A stretch of 63,155 nt of DNA, counting the filler, from Reclinomonas americana ATCC 50394 (taxonomy: Eukaryota), in NCBI GenBank assembly GCA_048213135.1. It is 19 parts of 19 records of this genome, joined end to end, with 100 filler letters (N's around TTAATTAATTAA, not from the genome) between each part and the next. Parts side by side here need not be neighbours in the genome. Positions count along the whole stretch, not along the records: positions 40,027 to 45,407 come from AFZH01021485.1; positions 45,508 to 48,458 come from AFZH01021486.1; positions 48,559 to 56,240 come from AFZH01021487.1; 16 more parts are not named here. The stretch is one strand, 5' to 3'. The stretch's first letter is position 1. Each line of letters opens with the position of its first letter. The translations under genes were made by a program, and so were the position numbers. This document shows positions 40,933-55,200 of this stretch, in pieces. Under the pieces are notes generated by a model, which saw only the letters and a program-made list of their open reading frames with translations, ran no database searches and was not told where the DNA came from.

Positions 40933-41240
40933 AGTGAGAAGGCTGCATTGAACCCGGGTGCGGCACGGCAGTTCTACATTGTTCTCCATTGTGTAAGGCA
41001 TCCCTGTTAATCTCAAGCTGTACATGTGGCAGCTTTGCTGTTGTTTCTTGCAAACTGCATGCATGGTCGGAGAAATACCAACATTCTCTCTCTTCCACTT
41101 CTCTCCTCGCGTTCCTCCCTCACCACACTGCTCTTTTCGCCTACACACTCACCAAGCCACTGCTCTCGAAACGTCTTTTCAACCATTCCATGCAGTCTGC
41201 GGAGTCCTCTCCGAAGGGGGTCATTGTCTCTCCAATCATC

Positions 41241-41350
41241 ATGCAACGCACTACTCTCCTCGTGCTCTCCCTCGCGCTCATCCTCGCATGCGCCGCGCAC
41301 CAAGCCGCCTCGGCCGCGCCCTCCAAGCCCGTGTGGCCAACGAACTTTAG
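41241..41350 (+). CDS. First exon of a secreted protein (signal peptide); remainder not seen
   Basis: MQRTTLLVLSLALILACAAHQAASAAPSKPVWPTNF followed by a GTGAAT donor. Classic n/h/c signal peptide. Confidence 0.7.
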
Positions 41351-41446
41351 GTGAATGAAAGCAAGAGAGAGAGAAAGAGAGAGAGAGACTGTGTGAGGCA
41401 TGTTGCTGAAGAGCACTGTCTTTGTTTGTGTCTCTCTCTTGGTGAG

Positions 41447-41516
41447 CGTGTGTGTGTGTGTGTTGTGTGTTCGTGTGTGTGTGTTCGTGTGTGTGTGAGA
41501 GAGTGAGCTGTGTGTG

Positions 41517-41606
<90 letters not shown>
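41447..41606. repeat. (TG)n microsatellite, probable mis-join point
   Basis: Long TG run between the signal-peptide exon and a mid-protein DNA-PKcs exon. Confidence 0.9.
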
Positions 41607-41611
41607 ACCAG

Positions 41612-44600
41612 TTGCAATCGCACTACGTCAGCAAGATTGGCATTCTGCAGCTGCTCGAGGCGCTGTATACGACTGTCGACCACGAAGACATCAAATCGAC
41701 CGTCAACAAGGCCTACATGCGCGACAATCCAGCAGCCAAGGGCACCGAGCTCACCGGTGCCGTTGCGTTTATTGTTCCCTTCTTCTTCCATGGTGTGTGT
41801 ACGCACCGGTCGCTAACCCACGCCGCAGATCATGAAAAAGATGCTGGAGACGCTGGGCGAACGAGTTCCCTTTGCCGAGGTGGAACTGGTCGGCCACGTG
41901 CTCGAGCACAAGGTGTGTTCCATCATCCGCTGTCGGCTTTAGTGTGTCGGCGACTCTGACTGCGCAGTGGCACAGTTCAAGTGCGCCGCCTACAACGCCC
42001 TCGCTGCGTGCATCTGCACACAAACAAAGCCGCAGCTGTACGAGGCCACCGTCCTCAAACCCGATCACTTTGACGAGATTGTGGATCCGCAGGAGGCGTA
42101 CCACTTTGAGGTGCGGCGTGCTCACTGCGAGTGTACGATTGCCTCTGCTGACAATGTGTCTGTTAGGCCGAAACGGACTTTGCGTACACACGCAAGTCGG
42201 TGGCCTCGCTGAAGGAACGACTGCCGGACGACCTGCGCGACACGCGCGAGTACTTGTCATTTGAGTACTTCAAGGGCACCATGACGCAGGATGCAAACGC
42301 GTTCTTCGCTCACTCGTCTCTTTCCGTCGACCCCGAGGGCTCGCTGAAGGGCATGTTTGTGGTCAACAAGATGGCGCACGCCACCGTGTTTCGTTTGCTT
42401 CCCCTCGCCTACGTGTGCATGAACGGGCTTGAGTACTGATTCGTGTCACGCAGTACCGAGTCAGGCGACACGCAAGTGATTGAGGGCTTTGAGGAGAAGC
42501 TCGAAATGGACCCCGTCAACCTCAATCCGTCAATGTTCTCGGTGCTGCGCAGCATCGACCGCATGGCGGTCATTACCAAGGATGAGCCTCGGTGCGGCCC
42601 ACTGTCGACCTGTGTGCGCAATGCTTCGTCTGTATCTTCGCCCTCACGGATTGCATGCATGTCTGTGCAGTACCGACGTGCTGCCAAAATGGCAAGCTGG
42701 TCTCTTCCAGAAGATGCGCGACGAGGAGACGCACCAGAATGTCAAGCTGTTCATCGCAAAGGTGTGTCGGTGTGGGTCTCCATCCACTGCTAACCACTGC
42801 TGACGACGTGCTGCAGCTGATTCTCTTGCGGTCGGCCGTATTTGCGCCGTATGCCGGCGACTGGATGGGCCCGCTCGCCGCAGTGGCCACCTCGGATGCG
42901 TTTGGCACGGTCTGCATTGCTCGCCTTTTGTGCGGTTGGCACGCACATGTCCCAGCTCACTCTGTGTACTCGCACAGGGCCTGCACTACTTCAAACGCGA
43001 TGTCGCTCTCCAGTTGCTGGAGTGGAGTGCCGATGTTCCGCGCAATTCGACAACGGCGCGCCTCCTGAGTGCCTTTGTGCAAAACCTCATGCGCAACTGC
43101 GTGCATCTGCGTTACCAGGTGCTCATCGCCAACATCAACATTATTCGGTTCATGGTGGAGCGCTGGTCCGAAGTGCTGTCTGTCAATACGGCGGTGTGTG
43201 CATATGTGTGCATGGCGACGTGGCGGAAGCATGATGTACTCACACAGTCACACGCGACGACAGTTGCTCTCGACCTTGCTCCAACCAGACGCCGCCATGC
43301 CAGCAGCCGACGAGCGGCAAACGCGTGTCACTGGTCTCCACTTGCTGGCGGTGTGTGTGTATCGCATGTGGCCTTTGTTCCTGTCATCTTCATCGTTGGT
43401 CTCACCATGATGCAGATCTATCTGGCCAACGACATTCCGGTGTTTGATGTGCTCGCCGACTCGCCGGACGCGTTTCAAGTGTTCCTCGATGTGGTTTCGT
43501 GGCGCCAGAATGCTCCGTGTCGCTCGCTTGTCGTTTGCCGCTGACCGTCGACTCCACAGGTGGCACGCAATGTGGCGCACTTGCAAAAGCGCGTGTACGA
43601 GCCGGCGGCTGAGGTGTGCGGTCTGCTGATTGAGCATTTGCACAAGCTGGCGGGTGTGTGAACGACATTGTGTTGTTCCCAATTGATTGCCACACACCCA
43701 CATCCTCGATGCACTGTGCTGCAGCCTTCGACATGGCGACGCACTTGTCGCAGCGCGTGACTGCATTCGTACGGGAGGCGTATCAGAAGAGCGATTACTC
43801 GCGCTTCCTCAACCAGCTCAACAAGATCAGTCTGCACTCGCCGCGCATGCTGGAGGCATTTGTGACGCAAGTGCAAGACACGGTGCCGAAGTTGCACGGC
43901 AGCTACCGGTGCGTCGTGCCGATCGTCATCATCGTTCTTCCCACAGTTTTGTTGTTGCTCACCACTCTGTTTCGTGCACAGAGGCATTGCGCTGGCGATT
44001 TTGTCTCGTCGCGCCGACCAGATTCCCAACATGTACCTGTATCTGCAGCCAAATCTGGAGCGCTTCTTGGTGCTGCACGATCCCGACACGCAACAATCGG
44101 TGCTGCGCGTACTCCTCGCGTTGTTGCGGGTGAGTGCGGGCGTGGAGAAGAGTGAGTGATACAGAAAAGCTCACTCGCGATGCAGGTGGCCACGCTCGAC
44201 GACCTGACGCACATGTTGCGTGTGCTCGATCGGTGCACGGCCGACCGGGATGTGTTCCTGTTGCGTTTCATTTGTGCTTGCTTGTGAAGGTGCAGTATTG
44301 ACTGTTGCTTGCGAATACCAGTGTCCAATTCGACGAACCCACACGCCTGCTCTTGTGCGATGTGTTCATCTGGCTGCATGACAATCGGCGTGACTTGCCT
44401 CCCGATCTGCGTCAGACGGTGCACAATAATCTGTTGCGTGCCACTCCTCTGCTTTCCGCCCCCAAGTCCTTTCATCGTTCATTCTCACAGTCGTGCATGG
44501 TTAGTTTGCGTGCATTGGCCGACGACGGCTCCGAGAAAGTGCGCGATCGCGCGTTTGCGTTTTGGGACAACCCCGAGCGCCTGTCACCGGCCATCAACGA

Positions 44601-47600
44601 GAGGACACAGCAGGTGTTTGAGAAGTTGTACTCGTCCGACTCGTCCCCAGTGTGGCTGCGCATGTCGGCGGCATTGCTGCTGTCGCTGCCGAGAACGGCG
44701 CCCGACTACACCGAGAAGACCGTCTTCAACAAGGGTGCGGTGACGGCGAAGAACCTTGGGATCGATATTTGAGCATGCAGTCGCTTACTTTGTTGTTGGG
44801 GGTGCCGCAGAGCCACTGTTCCAGTGCGAGTTCCGCGAGTACAACATTAGCATTTCCGACGAGACGCGCACGTCGACTCTGCGCCCGCTATTTGGCGGCG
44901 GCAGCTTTGTGGGTGTCGACGCACATGCGGTGTGTGATGCACACATGGTTAGATGTCAGGAGCACAGGCTCATTGCTCGCTCGCACAGGGTGGTGGTGCA
45001 TCGCAGAATCTAGGCGATATTGGCATGCTTCTGGCCACTCCACAGTCGGTGCGGCTGTCAGTGCATGTGTGCATTGACGTGTCGTCACACGCACGCAGTA
45101 CTCACTGTGTATGCTGAGTGCAGGCGACTCAAGGTGGCACCAATTCGTATGGCATGTCCTTCTCCATGACCAGTCTGCTGATCGAGCCAAACAAGCGAGG
45201 TGTGAACGACACGCAGAGAGTGCTTGCTGTCGACTTGTCAATCAATTCTTGCGCCCCTCGCAGTGTCGCCATTTGCCCGATCGGCGGCGGCCGCTGAAGC
45301 GAGCCGTGCTGCTGGCGCCTCTCCGTCCATGGGTCCTCCGGGAGCTGCGCCGTCGTCGGCACTCAATGCCACTCTGCCGGAGGGCTTTGCGCGGCAGCAG
45401 CGCTCGGNNNNNNNNNNNNNNNNNNNNNNNNNNNNNNNNNNNNNNNNNNNNTTAATTAATTAANNNNNNNNNNNNNNNNNNNNNNNNNNNNNNNNNNNNN
45501 NNNNNNNAGGCAGAACTGGGATGGGGAGGCATTGTGCATCACTCACTCGATTCGTTGTGTTGCAGGTGGCGGTGGTGCGCCAGTATCGCTCCGGCGAGTT
45601 GCCCGACATTCAGATTTCGATGCGCGATCTTGTCGAGCCACTGCTGGTACTGGTGATGCGGTGAGTTGGTCGTCGCGCGTCGTCGGAAGTCTTGCGGGAC
45701 TCGCATTCACTCACCATGTGTATGTTACAGCGACACGTCGGTGGCCCGCTTCCTGTTGACGATGATGTTCCAGAAGGTGGTGGACGTGGTTCGCGGCAGT
45801 AATCGACTGGGCGTCGAGCGCTATTACGAGCTCGTGTCGGCGGTGCAGAGCGTCATCTCCTCCAAGATGCTGACCTCGGGCGAGGTACGAAGGCCTCCAA
45901 ATCTCGTTCATCTTTTCGTCACTCACCTGTCCCCGTTTGTGCGCAGCTCAATGCACAGCTGGTGGCCTTTGTGCACTCGCTGTGCCTGGCTGTGGAGGAA
46001 CTGGAAGTGGATCCAGTCAAGGTCGCCGACTCGTCGACGAGGACGACCAACTTCCACCTTGGTTTGTGATAGAGGGGGAGAGCATTCCTCCACTCTGTTG
46101 GACCATCCTCATCCATCTTCTCCTCTCCCATCCTCTCACGCACCACAGGCGTGCTTCTTCTCGAGAATCGGTACGCCCGTGGCTTGGAGGAGTTGGAGCG
46201 TGTTCGATCTGCCCCACCGCCCAAGAAGCGCGCTCGTGGCAGCGACCCGACGTTGCGTCACGTGTGTGTGTTGATGTGAACGCGAACAAAACAACTCACT
46301 GCTCCACAGTCGTCGTGCACTGGCACAAGCGCCTTCGCTCGGATCGATGCTGTCCGAGTCACCGACTCTCGCTTCCTCGGGCACACTGACGGAGGAGGAC
46401 CTGCAGCGCAGCAAGCTGATCGCCGATGCGGCCGAGCACTTGGATGAGGCTGTGCTGTGGCGCAAGGTTATGAGGCACTCTCTCACACAGCCACTGCTGC
46501 GTATCGCTTACCGTGTGTTTTTGGCAGCTGTCTGAACTGTACAACCACCTTGGCAATGAGGACGTTGTCACGCACATTTACAAGAGTCACGTGGCCGCCG
46601 AGTCACAGGAGGCTCAGGTGGCCCTCGACTTTTTCTTTGCCAGCGAGTACAACGAGTCGCGGGAGCAGTTTGCAGCGTTGCGTGGCCAGTGTGGTGCGTG
46701 TTACGAATGCATGATGCTGACAAGAGAGGGGTTGGAAACAGAGCACTGGAGAGGGAGGATCCTGCCTCGCCCAATGCGGCCATTTGGAAATCGTTGCGTG
46801 CATGACGTGTTAATGGTGGCCTGTTGCACGTGATCCACTCACATACCCCTATCGTGCGGCAGCATGTGGAGATCGTGCTGTGCGAGGCTGGGCGACTGGG
46901 ACCAGATTGCCGACGACTGGGTGGCAGCGTCATCCGGCGGTCAGCAGCTGCGGCAACTGTTTGATGACAGCGCCCCCATCCCGCTGGCCGAAGCGGTGCA
47001 GTCGATTGTGCGCGCCGAGGGACACGACGATGTGATGCAACGGTGCGCACGACGGAACAAATTGCATGCTGCGGCAGCTCGCTGACTCTGTGCATGGGGC
47101 AGATTGCTGGACTTGGCCAATCGCGATCCGCAGTGCCGACAGAAACTCGAGGATGTCAGCAGTCGCGATCTTGCCCTGTTTATCATCAAGCAAGGCAGTC
47201 GCGAACAGCAGGCGATTGAATATGTTCGCAAGTTGCGTCACCAACGAATGTGTTTTGTTTTGTGCACTCCATCCACTCGATTGCTCATGTTGCGGTGGTT
47301 GGCAGATTTGAGCAGGGCTTCTTGGAGGACTGGACTCTGCTGCCGACGCTGAATGAGCGTGGCCGCATTTCACTGCTGCAATCGGTGCAAGAGGCGGTGG
47401 AAGTCGATGAGTACTTGTCGTTGTTCCGCGTGCATGAGATCACAAAGCCGGCAGAACGCGCGTCGTTGGTTCGTCGTCTGCTTGCACGATGGCACAATCG
47501 CTTCCCCTCTCGCTCCCTTGACTCTACATCGGTGTGGGCCTCGGTGCTGTCGACGCGTGTCCTCTTGCTCGAGCGCCTCTCGGCCAAGATCGAGACATTT

Positions 47601-50176
47601 GTTGGTGACGCCGAGGGCGCTGTCGCCGCAAATCTGGACGACAGCGGCGTCGCGGCGGATGGCGAGGAGCCCGTCGATCTGGTCGGCGATCTGCAAGATT
47701 TGTGCGAGGCGGAAATTGTGCATGCGCGGCTGGAGACGGCCGACGCTGCGTTGCAGCAAGGGAATGCGGAGCTTGCCGCCACCGTGTGCAACGAAGTCAA
47801 AAAGGTATGGCTGTTTGTGTTGGTGGAAATAATTGTGGGTTCTCCCATGCCAATCCTCGCCGATTGCAGCAACGTTCGTTCGCGACGGTGCGACGCACCT
47901 ATCCGTTCCTGGTTAGCGCCATTCGCCACTCCACCATTCAGGCACTCAAGTTCGACGGTCCCAGTGTGGAGGAGGCCTCGTTGCGTGCTATTCGCTTTCT
48001 CTGTGCTGCTTCTTCAGCATGAGCTCACTGCCTCTGGGCGATAGATCGCGCTTCAAGAATTTGCGTCTGGTGGCCTCGACCTTGGAGAAGACGGTCGACA
48101 CGGAAGCGCTTCGCGAGCCGCGGACACACGTCGCGTACTTGACGTTGTATGCGTCGACCATGAAGTTTCGTTTCACACCACTATCGGGGAGTTTTTGCAC
48201 GTGCGCTTACCTGCGTGGCGCCTGCAGCACCTATGCCGAGCAAGTGGGAACCCTGGACGATGACATCAGGCCAGATGTGGAGCGCGAGATCAAGGCTGCG
48301 GTGCCGGCGGCATCGGACCTCCGACTGAAGGCACAGCAAATGTACCAGCAGGCCGTGACGGAGCTCGGCGAATTGTTGACCGGCAAGAATCCGAGTTGCG
48401 ATGGATAGCGCGCACTGTTGCTGTTAGTGGTCGCGTTTACTCACCTCACACCGCAGGCNNNNNNNNNNNNNNNNNNNNNNNNNNNNNNNNNNNNNNNNNN
48501 NNTTAATTAATTAANNNNNNNNNNNNNNNNNNNNNNNNNNNNNNNNNNNNNNNNNNNNCGACTGGCTGCCGACTACCCGCAGGCCATGTACTACCCGCTG
48601 CGCATCTCCGAGGAGGCCATCAACGCCACACGACACTGTTCGCGCGAGGTGAAGACCGCCTTTGCCGAGATGATGGAACTGACGGAGATGCCGCAGCTGG
48701 CCATTTTCACCCGTGGCCTCTCGCGCCTCGACAACCCCGAGCTGAGGTGAGACATGCGCTGGTGAAGGCGAATGTGGTGGCAGCTCACGCAACATGGCGC
48801 AGGTGGAAGCACATTTGGGTACCGGCCATTACCGACTGCCTGGCAAATGGCAAGGGAGCAGAGCAGGTGACGATGGAGACGCACTCCGCTCATGTCCATT
48901 CCTCTCCTCTCCTTCTCATCGCATATTTTTGCATCAGTTGCGCCGTATTTTCGACGAGGCGCGCCGCGACTGCCTCGTGCGCGATGGAGAGGATCCGGGG
49001 TTCATCAACGACCAGTTTGCCGAAAAGATCGGTGTCGAGATTCTGCAGGTGACTATTGATTCGCCAAGATTGCTGGTGGTTGTCGTCACTGACCGATGGT
49101 GTATATATATATGTAAGACCACTGGCGATCACGGACAACGACTGAAAGCCGATACTGCACGGCGTGTGGCGGAGATCTTTGAGCATGTGGACCCGGCGGC
49201 ACGGGCGCTCTTTATCGATCCGTCCGGTCGTCTCGGTCCATTGTATCAAGGTTGCGTGTATTTCTCTGGGCGACAGAATCTGTGTATTCCATCCATAACT
49301 CTGTGAGGGCGCGTGCGCAGGTCACCTCAAGATGCGCGACTTTAGTCACGCGCTGGCCAAGTACCAGGCGCGCATCGGTGAGCCGACAGTCGACATGCCG
49401 GGCCAGTACACTGGCGACGCGGCGCCGCAACCCGACGAACTCGTCAAGGTGTGCGGGAACTGGCGAGTATGGAGAAAAGACTGCACTCTCTCACTGCTGT
49501 GCGTGTGAGGGTAGATTATCTGCTTCGGGCAGTTTGTGCGACTGCTGCCGTCCATTCGCAAGCCGAAGCGCATCACGGTGTTTGGCAGTGATCAGCGCGA
49601 GTATCGGTTCCTTGTCAAGGGTGGAGAAGATTTGAGGCAGGATCAGCGGATCAGTGAGGTGGGTAGGAGGGGGAAGGGGGTAGGAGGGGGGAGGAGGGGA
49701 GGGAGGATAAGTAGGGAAGGGAGTTTATTCTGGTTTGTTGTGTTGTGTTGTGTTGTTGTTGCTGGTTGTGTTGCGAAGGGAGTAGAAGATATGCAAAGAG
49801 CCGAACAGAAGGAGATTGCTTGTCGGTGTTTTCTTGTTGTTGCTGCCATTCGTCCTTTGCTGTCGCTGCTGGTGGTGTGGTGAAGAGCAGATAAATGGGA
49901 GCAGCAGACCTAAGAGTGTTTGTTGTCAGCGTAGACCCTGATGTTGGCATTCATACGTTGTGATGAAGAGAGCAGAAGATGACCTAAGAGAAACACGTTT
50001 GCTGTCGATGTTGTTCCTGTTGTTGTTATCTTGTACGTTGCTGCAGTTGTTCATGGTGGTTGTAATGGAGTGAGCTGAAGAAGAGATTGAAGTTTCGATG
50101 TTGGTTTGATGTGCCATGCTTGTTAACAGTCGGCATCGGCGTTGCTGCTGCTGCTGTTGTTGTTGTTGTTGTTGGG

Positions 50177-50238
<62 letters not shown>

Positions 50239-50241
50239 GGG

Positions 50242-50273
<32 letters not shown>

Positions 50274-52177
50274 ATTGTTGTAGTAGTAGTCGTCGTGCCT
50301 CTCTGTGACTTGCTCTCAGTGCATGTGTTTCGTTGTCATCGCTGCTGTTGTCCTTGTTGACAGCGACGTTGTCTACCCTCTGGCGACTGACATTCAGTGA
50401 CATTCATGTTGCTGTTGTGCCACCCGGCTGACTTGATCGCTCACGCAGTTGTTCCGCACGATGAACGCCATCTACAATCGAGTGGCCGACACGCAGAAGC
50501 GCAGCGCCAGCATCATGTGCTACCAGATCATTCCCATGTCGACGGTTTGTCAGCAGTGCTCCAATTGATATGGTTTCCACGCGCGTGCGTGACCACCTCC
50601 CTTTTCTATTTGATGCACAGCGCGTGGGCATCATTGAGTGGGTGGACAACACAGAACCCATCCAGTCGCTGATGGAGTCGATCAAGGGTGTTCGCGGTTG
50701 CGTACCCCCCGCCGCAAAATCGCGCACACCACGCACTGCTCTCACTGCTGCGCAGAGGCAACCGGTCTGGCAAATCAGGTCGACCAGAAGGAGATGGGCA
50801 ACGCTGGTCCCGCCTACATGTCCAAGGCGCTGCCGTCGTTCGATGCCACCATGCTGACGAAGCACCAGACAGAGCGCGACTTCTATCCTCGGTTTGTTGG
50901 GGAGACTCCTGCAGATGCATATGTGAGGCGCGCGCTAAACGCATGCACCACGCAGCGACATTATTGTGCAAGCTTTGCGGCAGCGGTCGTCATCCCCCGA
51001 GGCCTTTTTCGTGTTGCGACAGCGATTCATCGACTCGCTGGCCGTTCTGACCATTTCTGGGTATGTGGTCGGTTTGGGTGATCGCCATTTGGACAACTTG
51101 CTGGTGCACACCAAGGTCAGTTTTGCCAGCGCGTTGTGATACAATCAAAACAAAACTGTTGGTGCTGATGTGGTGGTTGACGCCAGAGTGCGCGACTGAT
51201 GCCCATCGACTTTGGCCATGCTTTCGGGTCGGCAACAGAGGTGTTGCCGGTGCCGGAGATTGTCCCGGTTCGCCTGACCAACCAGTTTGTGCGGTACGTG
51301 GTGGTGAAGGGCGATTATTCTTGCTTCGCAATGTTGTCACCGATTCTCTCTCTCTTGCAAACACAATCAGTGTGTGCGAACCGGTGGGCATTGATGGCAC
51401 TCTCAAACCGATCATGGTGCGCTGCATGCAAGCGCTGCGCGCCCACCGCCACGTGCTGCTGCGCATTCTGGAACTCTTTGTTCAGGAGCCGCTGCTCGAT
51501 TGGCTGCAGCATGCGGAGAAGGTTCTGTTGCGAAAGACTCTCGTTTGTCGCCAGCATGGAGCTCACATCCTTCTTGCAGGTTCATCAACGGCGCATCGCA
51601 GCAGTCAAGGACGCTGGAGGCCGAGCGGAGGAGCAAGCAGAGGATGAGGTGGAGGATGAGGAGGACATGGATGTGGATGACCGACCGGAAAGGTTTGAAG
51701 GGAGGAGGAGAGGGAGAGAGGGAGAGAGGGAAAGGGAAAGTGTCGGAGCGACTGACGTCACCGACTCATTGCAGCGGAGCGGCGTGGTTTGCGCGTCGGC
51801 GAGTGGAGATTGCGCGACGAAAGCTGCTGCTCTACAATCCCGCTCACTTGTTGATGGAGGAAGTCGAGGCCAATCGTCACGTGCAGGCGTGGAGCCGCAA
51901 CGTGACCAAGACGGCGGCCGCCAGACTCAAGCATCACAACATTATCGAGGCCTACCGCGATGTGCGTATATTTATGGCGATATAACGATTCGGCACACTG
52001 ACTGGTGTGTGACGTCTCTTGCAGCTGGTGCTGGGCGAGCGAAGTGGCAACTCGGACAGGAGTCGGTTCCCGCAAGTGTGTCACTCGGTCGAGGAGCAAG
52101 TGCACTGCCTCGTCGATCTGGCCACGGATCCACTCGTGCTGGGTCGCATGTGGGGCGGCTGGCGCGCGTGGTTGTAG
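41612..52177 (+). CDS. PRKDC: DNA-dependent protein kinase catalytic subunit, C-terminal half (multi-exon, two gaps)
   Basis: Family motifs 'GTELT', 'CAAYN', 'YRSGELPDIQI', 'YPQAMYYP', 'KPKRITVFGSDQREYRFLVKGGEDLRQDQRI', 'GDRHLDN', 'IDFGHAFGSATEVLPVPEIVPVRLT' and FATC 'QVHCLVDLATDPLVLGRMWGGWRAWL*'. Confidence 0.95.
50157..50281. repeat. (GTT)n trinucleotide microsatellite in a PRKDC kinase-domain intron
   Basis: Read directly from the sequence. Confidence 0.95.
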
Positions 52178-52232
52178 CGACGAGAAGAGCAATGCATTCT
52201 CGTGCCATTTGTTGTTGATGAATGTTGAGAGT

Positions 52233-55200
52233 TTAGAGTTTGGCCATAGGCCATGCTGTGAAGCCTTCTTTCACTGCGGTGGCGAGGGTCGGTGGGAGCT
52301 GTCGCGTGGGGAAGGGTGATATGAGAGAAGTGGATCACAGAGAGGGTGTGGGGGAAGGGAGCAATGGAGGACCAGCCAAAGAGTGAGAAGGAAAAACTTT
52401 CGCATCCAAGCGAGTGATGGAGAGAGAAGGATCACGAGACAAGGACAGAACGTGCACTGAGACGCAAGGAACGACAAGGAGATAGAAAGAGAAGAAGGAG
52501 CAGGAGTAAGAGACAAGGAGAGCACTAAGAAGTAGGATGAACAGAGGATAAGAGACACTTGAACTCTCTGGAAGAGAGGAATTGAGAGGAAGGACAGAGG
52601 GGGAAAGAAAGCAGCAGACGTGGAAGCACGATGATCGCCAAGGAGAAGTAAAACAGAACGCGCTCGCACTCCCAGGAAGAGAGAAATGAGAAAGCACTGA
52701 AGCAGAAAAGCAGATGCGCTTGAACTCCAAGGAACAGAGGGAGGACAGCAGACGTGGAAGCATGATGATCGCCAAGGAGAAGTAAAACTGAACGCGCTCG
52801 CACTCCCAGGAAGAGAGAAGGGGGACATGCGCTTGAACTCGAACGACAACAGAGAGGACAGCAGACGTGGGAGGATGATCATCGCCAAGGAAAAGTAAAA
52901 CAGAACTCGCTCGCACTCCCAGGAAGAGAGAATGAGATGATACAGAAGTAGAGTTGAACGACAGCAGAACAACTCGCGCTCAGACGCGTCGATAACATCA
53001 TAACAGTTGCACCAACTCACCTTGCTGCTCAGCCGCTGCATTGCCGTGTCCCGCAGCAAACGCGACGTAGTCGTCATGCGCGGGGACTTCAACGTCCATG
53101 CGGACCGCACGCGCTCATCTGGTTGGTTGAAATCGTGGAGCGGCATGACATCTGCAACGTACTGCAATTAGGGAAAAAAAGTAACTGAAAATGCACATCC
53201 ACTGGTGATCGCACCGCGCGGGTCACGGAGGAAGCGCACGAGCACAGGAGCCAGGTAGTAGAATGGCAACGAGAGGCCCATTTCCGGTAGCGGCTGCTCA
53301 TAGAAGTTGACGCGGTGCGAGATGAGAGCGAGTGGACGACCGGTGCCTGCAACCAGTAGACCACCGCTGCATCCACTGTGCGCACGGTGTTGAGACACAA
53401 AATAAGAGGGTTGAGACAGACAGACAAACACACCTAAAAGTCCCGGCAGTTGTGTGCAGCACAACCGGTCGCGGCTCCGGTCCTTCGCTCTGCACCACAG
53501 AACTGAGAACTCCAACAGTGGCCGACAGCGAGAGATCTGTACCAAAAGGCGAAGACGTGAGGCGCGGAGGTGGGGAAGTGGGGAAAGAAGGAATAGACAC
53601 CTGCGCCGGGACCGTACACGGGATAGCCGAGAGAGTACACGGTGGCGCCGATGAGTGGGGCAAGCGACTGCGGTTCGACAAACTCTCCCATATCCACAAA
53701 CGGGCACCCATCGACATTGTCGCACTTGAGCAGCGCCACATCGGCCTGCAGAACACAATCGGCAACAACGGACACGAGAGAGGAAATGCAGTGTGAAGCG
53801 CCACGCAACTCCACCGCTGTCGGCGACAAAAATGACTTGGGCTTCGCGCCAAAACGCACGCTGGTTGTTGACAGTGAACCGCACGTGCACGCTGTGGAGT
53901 GGCGAAGGGTGAGCGAGCGCCTCGCTGCAAAGGGTGGTGGATAAAGCGATGGAAACTGCAGAACTGCAAGGCCGGAGTCCAGTGCGCGAGGACATGCCGA
54001 TTGGTGAGCAGATCTGGGGTCGAGAGGTTAACAACACGCGCAGAGAGACATCACACCAGAAAAACAAGAAAGACGCACAGCCGTCGGCAGATATCACCAC
54101 GCCGGAAGCCCACTTGGATTCTGCGTCAATGAGGACCACGAATGACATGGAAGCCTCCTGTGTCCACACAGGTGAGTGCTGGAATCCAACGGCACCAGGA
54201 AAAAGAACGAGATGAGCGTAACCACAGCAGAAGGTATCGAGCTCTTGACAGGCACAGACGAGGAGGAAGGGGACGATTCGGCCACGGTGGCCAACGCCGT
54301 GGCCAGTGGTGGTATGGCATCGGCCAGCATGCGGCGGCGAGCAGCAAAGCTCAATGTGCGTCCAAAGCCAAACTGCGTTGTGTGGCGCGAGTCAAGGCAG
54401 CAGTGACAAGTCGAGAAAACTAAGATAACGGAGGAGTGTGCTTGAAACAAAAAAGGATATACATCGAGAAACGTCGGCGCCAGGAGCTGGAGTAACACGA
54501 GAGAAAGTGAGCATCATTTGAGGACCTCGGCCTTCCTCGCCAACTGACGCAACACCAAGAAAGCTGGCGTCGGTGGCCGAGAAAATGGGGGCGCCCTCCA
54601 TGCCGGGCATAGCACGAATGTCGATCAGCAAGAGACGCGAGTCCACCACGTTGGACACCACGCCTTGCGACACCGAATTGGCCAGCAGCGATGGGCAGAA
54701 CATGGACATGGGCGAGCCGATGGCAAACACGGGCGAGGCGACGCCAATGGACTCGCCGCTGGCCGCAAAGGCCACACGATGCGCCCGCTCCCACACCTCG
54801 CGTGTCTCCTCGGACAACTTGTGCGGTGGCAGGCGGAGGCGCAGCAGGGCGCACTGTGTGTCGGGTTTCTCCTTGTTGAAGCGGAATTGGGAGAGCGCCA
54901 GGGACATCTGAAAAGGGGATAAAGAGGGAAGGGAAGATGAGGGGAGAGTGAGGAGCAAAGAGTGGAACACAGGTTGCGAGATAGTAGATAGTATGCAAGG
55001 GAAAGGGGGTGGAGTTAGGAAGACGAATGATCACACAGCACAGAAGAAGAGTGTTCCTGATTGGGCGAGAAGAGAAAGAAGAAAGGATTGAAGGCGAACA
55101 CAAACAGTCAAGCGCAGAACTGAATACAGTTTACGAATGAGAATGCAAGAGAACGAGGGTAGCGTGGCACAGAGCAAGGGGGACGAATGGCCAGACAGCA

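Noticed and set aside
50087..50360. Poly-Leu/poly-Cys/poly-Val ORFs
   Set aside because: Translation of an intronic (GTT)n tract.
52611..52932. Repeat units with variable linkers as a possible CRISPR-like array (also 31300-31790 and 62640-63075)
   Set aside because: Only 3-5 long degenerate units, linkers related to each other, intronic setting, and no cas genes. These are ordinary tandem duplications.
52980..53030. TYSND1 ending at ...LSSK(V) as the targeting signal
   Set aside because: A GTGAGT donor follows SSK. The true last exon at 52233-52298 ends in AKL.
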